The notes beneath the pieces are model-generated. The model ran no database searches, was not told the origin of the DNA, and saw only the letters and a program-made list of their open reading frames with translations. DNA of 64,000 nucleotides, from NCBI GenBank assembly GCA_963806535.1, contig CAWDYC010000004.1:32001-96000 (forward strand), in the 5' to 3' direction. Positions 62,174 through 64,000 of this stretch are shown in pieces. The position numbers were made by a program, and so were the translations under genes. Position 1 is the first letter of the stretch. Each line of letters begins with the position of its first letter. Origin of the DNA: Candidatus Bathyarchaeota archaeon. Its GTDB lineage: Archaea > Thermoproteota > Bathyarchaeia > Bathyarchaeales > Bathycorpusculaceae.

Positions 62174-62895
62174 ATGCAAGAAACTAAACGAATAAAAAAC
62201 CCGAAGAAACAGCGTAAAAGACTTTTTAACGCTCCTGCTCACATTCGCCACAAACTTATGGCAGCTCACTTATCAAGCGAGCTTGCTGCTTCAAGAGGCG
62301 TAAAAACTCTTCCAGTAAGAAAAGGCGATACAGTCCGAATTGAACGTGGCGATAACAAAGGCTTTGAAGGCAAAGTTTCACGTGTTGACCTAAGTAATTA
62401 CCGAATATATCTTGAAGGATTAACACGCGAAAAAACCGATGGAACAAACATCTTCATCTCAGTACACCCATCCAAAATTCAAATAAGAAACCTTAACCTC
62501 GACGACAAACGCCGAAAAGATATCCTTGGCAGAAAGAAAGAAATAGAAAAGCCTGAGCGCGAAGAAAAACTAAAGGCAAAAGCAGCAAAGAAAGCTGAAA
62601 AACCAAAAGAAAAGCCAGAAGCAAAAGTTGAAGAAATCACAGAGAAAAAACCTGTAGAAGCAGCGCAGTTGAAGAGAAAGCAATGCCGGAAGTTGTAGAA
62701 GAGCAAGGTCCAATTGCAAAGAAACCAGCAGGCAAGAAATCTGCAGCCAAAAAAGAAGCTGCAAAGGAAGAAGTTCCTGTAGAAGAGGAAAAGGCACCTG
62801 TTAAGAAAGTAGCAGCAAAGAAAACCGCAGCATCAAAAGAAGCACCCGCGAAAGAAACAGCAGAGAAGAAATCGGCTTCTAAGCCTCGTGCGTAA
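62174..62895 (+). CDS. rpl24: 50S ribosomal protein uL24 with long K/A/E-rich tail (frameshift near 62670)
   Basis: KQRKRLFNAP.H, VRKGDTV, HPSK; tail continues in the 62683 frame. Confidence 0.93.
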
Positions 62896-62927
62896 ACGTA
62901 AAACTTCTGAAGAAGGAGGACAATAAT

Positions 62928-63692
62928 TTGGGTAAAAAAGGAAAAACTGCAAGGATGAAACGTAAGCCAGCTCCAAAGTTCTGGCCAATTCATAGAAAAG
63001 AAATGCCTTGGATAGTGAAGCCCTCAGCTGGTGCTCACTCGCAAGATAATTGTCTATCATTAGCTCTTGTTCTTCGAGACATGCTTGGTATTGCACAAAC
63101 AAGAAGAGAAGGCAAACTGATACTTGCTCAAGGCAAAGTGTTAGTTGACGGTAAAGTTGTTGCAAAAGATGATTTTCCAGTCGGTATAATGGATGTTATC
63201 TCCATGCCTGACGCAGGCAAATATTACCGTATAATGCCCTCCAATAAAGGGTTGGTTTTGAGTCCAATAAGCAAGGAAGAGGCAGCCTTCAAACTAGTTC
63301 GAGTTGAAGATAAAACTACTGCTCAAAAAGGCGTACAAATTGCCCTTCATGACGGCTCAAACCTGTTTGTTAAAGTTGCAGACCCAAAGCACCCTGATGA
63401 AGTTACCTACAGCTCATTTGATATCCTAAAGATGACATTGCCAGAAAAACAAGTGGTTCAAAGCATAAAAACCAAGGAAGGAAACTTGGCAGTGATTACT
63501 GGCGGAAAAAACATTGGCAAACAAGGAAAAATCGTGGAAATCGAAAAGACTGTCGCTAAAAAACGTCGTCAAGCCCTAGTCGTAATTGAAGACGCGAATG
63601 GTGCTCGTTACCAAACAATCTTAGACTTTATCTTTTCCATAGGCGAAGCTGAACCGCTTATAGCTGTACCGGAGGCATCTGAAGTTGTCTGA
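62928..63692 (+). CDS. rps4e: 30S ribosomal protein eS4
   Basis: APKFWPIHRKE, FPVGIMDVI, LHDGSN, ITGGKN. Confidence 0.97.
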   Translation: MGKKGKTARMKRKPAPKFWPIHRKEMPWIVKPSAGAHSQDNCLSLALVLRDMLGIAQTRREGKLILAQGKVLVDGKVVAKDDFPVGIMDVISMPDAGKYYRIMPSNKGLVLSPISKEEAAFKLVRVEDKTTAQKGVQIALHDGSNLFVKVADPKHPDEVTYSSFDILKMTLPEKQVVQSIKTKEGNLAVITGGKNIGKQGKIVEIEKTVAKKRRQALVVIEDANGARYQTILDFIFSIGEAEPLIAVPEASEVV

Positions 63693-64000
63693 AGAAGAAG
63701 CAATAATTAAGACTTGGGAAGAGCATCCGATGCTTAAGCCCAAAATTGAAAAAGTTGTGGTTAACCTTAACGTTGGAAAATCAGGAGAACCACTTGAGAA
63801 AGCTAACAAAGTGCTTAAAGAAATAACAGGTCAGACACCAGTCAAACGAAAAGCCAAAAAAACTATCCGTGACTTTGGCATACGCGAAGGAGAATCAATC
63901 GCCGTTGTCGTAACATTGCGAAAGCAAAAAGCAATTGATTTCCTCAAAAAAGTCTTGCCAGTTGTCGATAACAAAGTTTCAAAAAACTCCTTTGACGTAC
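63685..64000 (+). CDS. rpl5: 50S ribosomal protein uL5 (runs off the window)
   Basis: Hand translation MSEEEAIIKTWEEHPMLKPKIEKVVVNLNVGKSGE...KTIRDFGIREGE. Confidence 0.93.
   Translation, partial: MSEEEAIIKTWEEHPMLKPKIEKVVVNLNVGKSGEPLEKANKVLKEITGQTPVKRKAKKTIRDFGIREGESIAVVVTLRKQKAIDFLKKVLPVVDNKVSKNSFDV

Noticed and set aside
23781-62895. Many frameshifted genes (mrp, leuA/cimA, RPA, hsp20, hypF, hypE, rpl14, rpl24, integrase) as pseudogenes or programmed frameshifts
   Set aside because: They hit essential genes and are single-base shifts, often near homopolymers; best explained as sequencing or assembly indels.
1789-63809. Numerous antisense and overlapping ORFs in the six-frame track
   Set aside because: They are shadows of well-supported genes and have no motifs of their own.

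Overview
Archaeal chromosome segment, most likely Candidatus Bathyarchaeia (inferred from Alba, S4e/Rnp1 in the ribosomal operon, a BHB-intron tRNA, and expanded PQQ-like surface-protein and TrmB families). It looks like an indel-prone assembly: many housekeeping genes are split by single-base frameshifts. (1) 1-23.7 kb: an accessory region downstream of a minus-strand tRNA-Ala(UGC). It is cut into modules by four or five direct copies of the tRNA 3' end. Four copies are followed by the same arm (9-nt spacer, imperfect palindrome TGGAGA-NN-TCACCA, CCYYT6). The modules carry paralogous beta-propeller surface proteins (one headless), TrmB regulators and a PAS histidine kinase, plus only relics of mobility genes. 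This tRNA-anchored, integron-like cassette array is the top finding. (2) 23.8-28.9 kb: housekeeping genes and an AbrB/VapC pair. (3) about 28.95-36.85 kb: an AT-rich integrative element between leuA/cimA and ilvD, with a tyrosine integrase, tiny Zn-finger genes, an FtsK/HerA-type ATPase and an atypical tRNA (Ser anticodon, no long variable arm). (4) 36.9-59 kb: metabolic genes, a fifth surface-protein paralog, tRNA-Met with a non-canonical 45/46 intron, and hypF-C-D/E. (5) 59.5-64 kb: ribosomal operon rpl22 to rpl5. All calls come from reading the sequence; no database searches were run.
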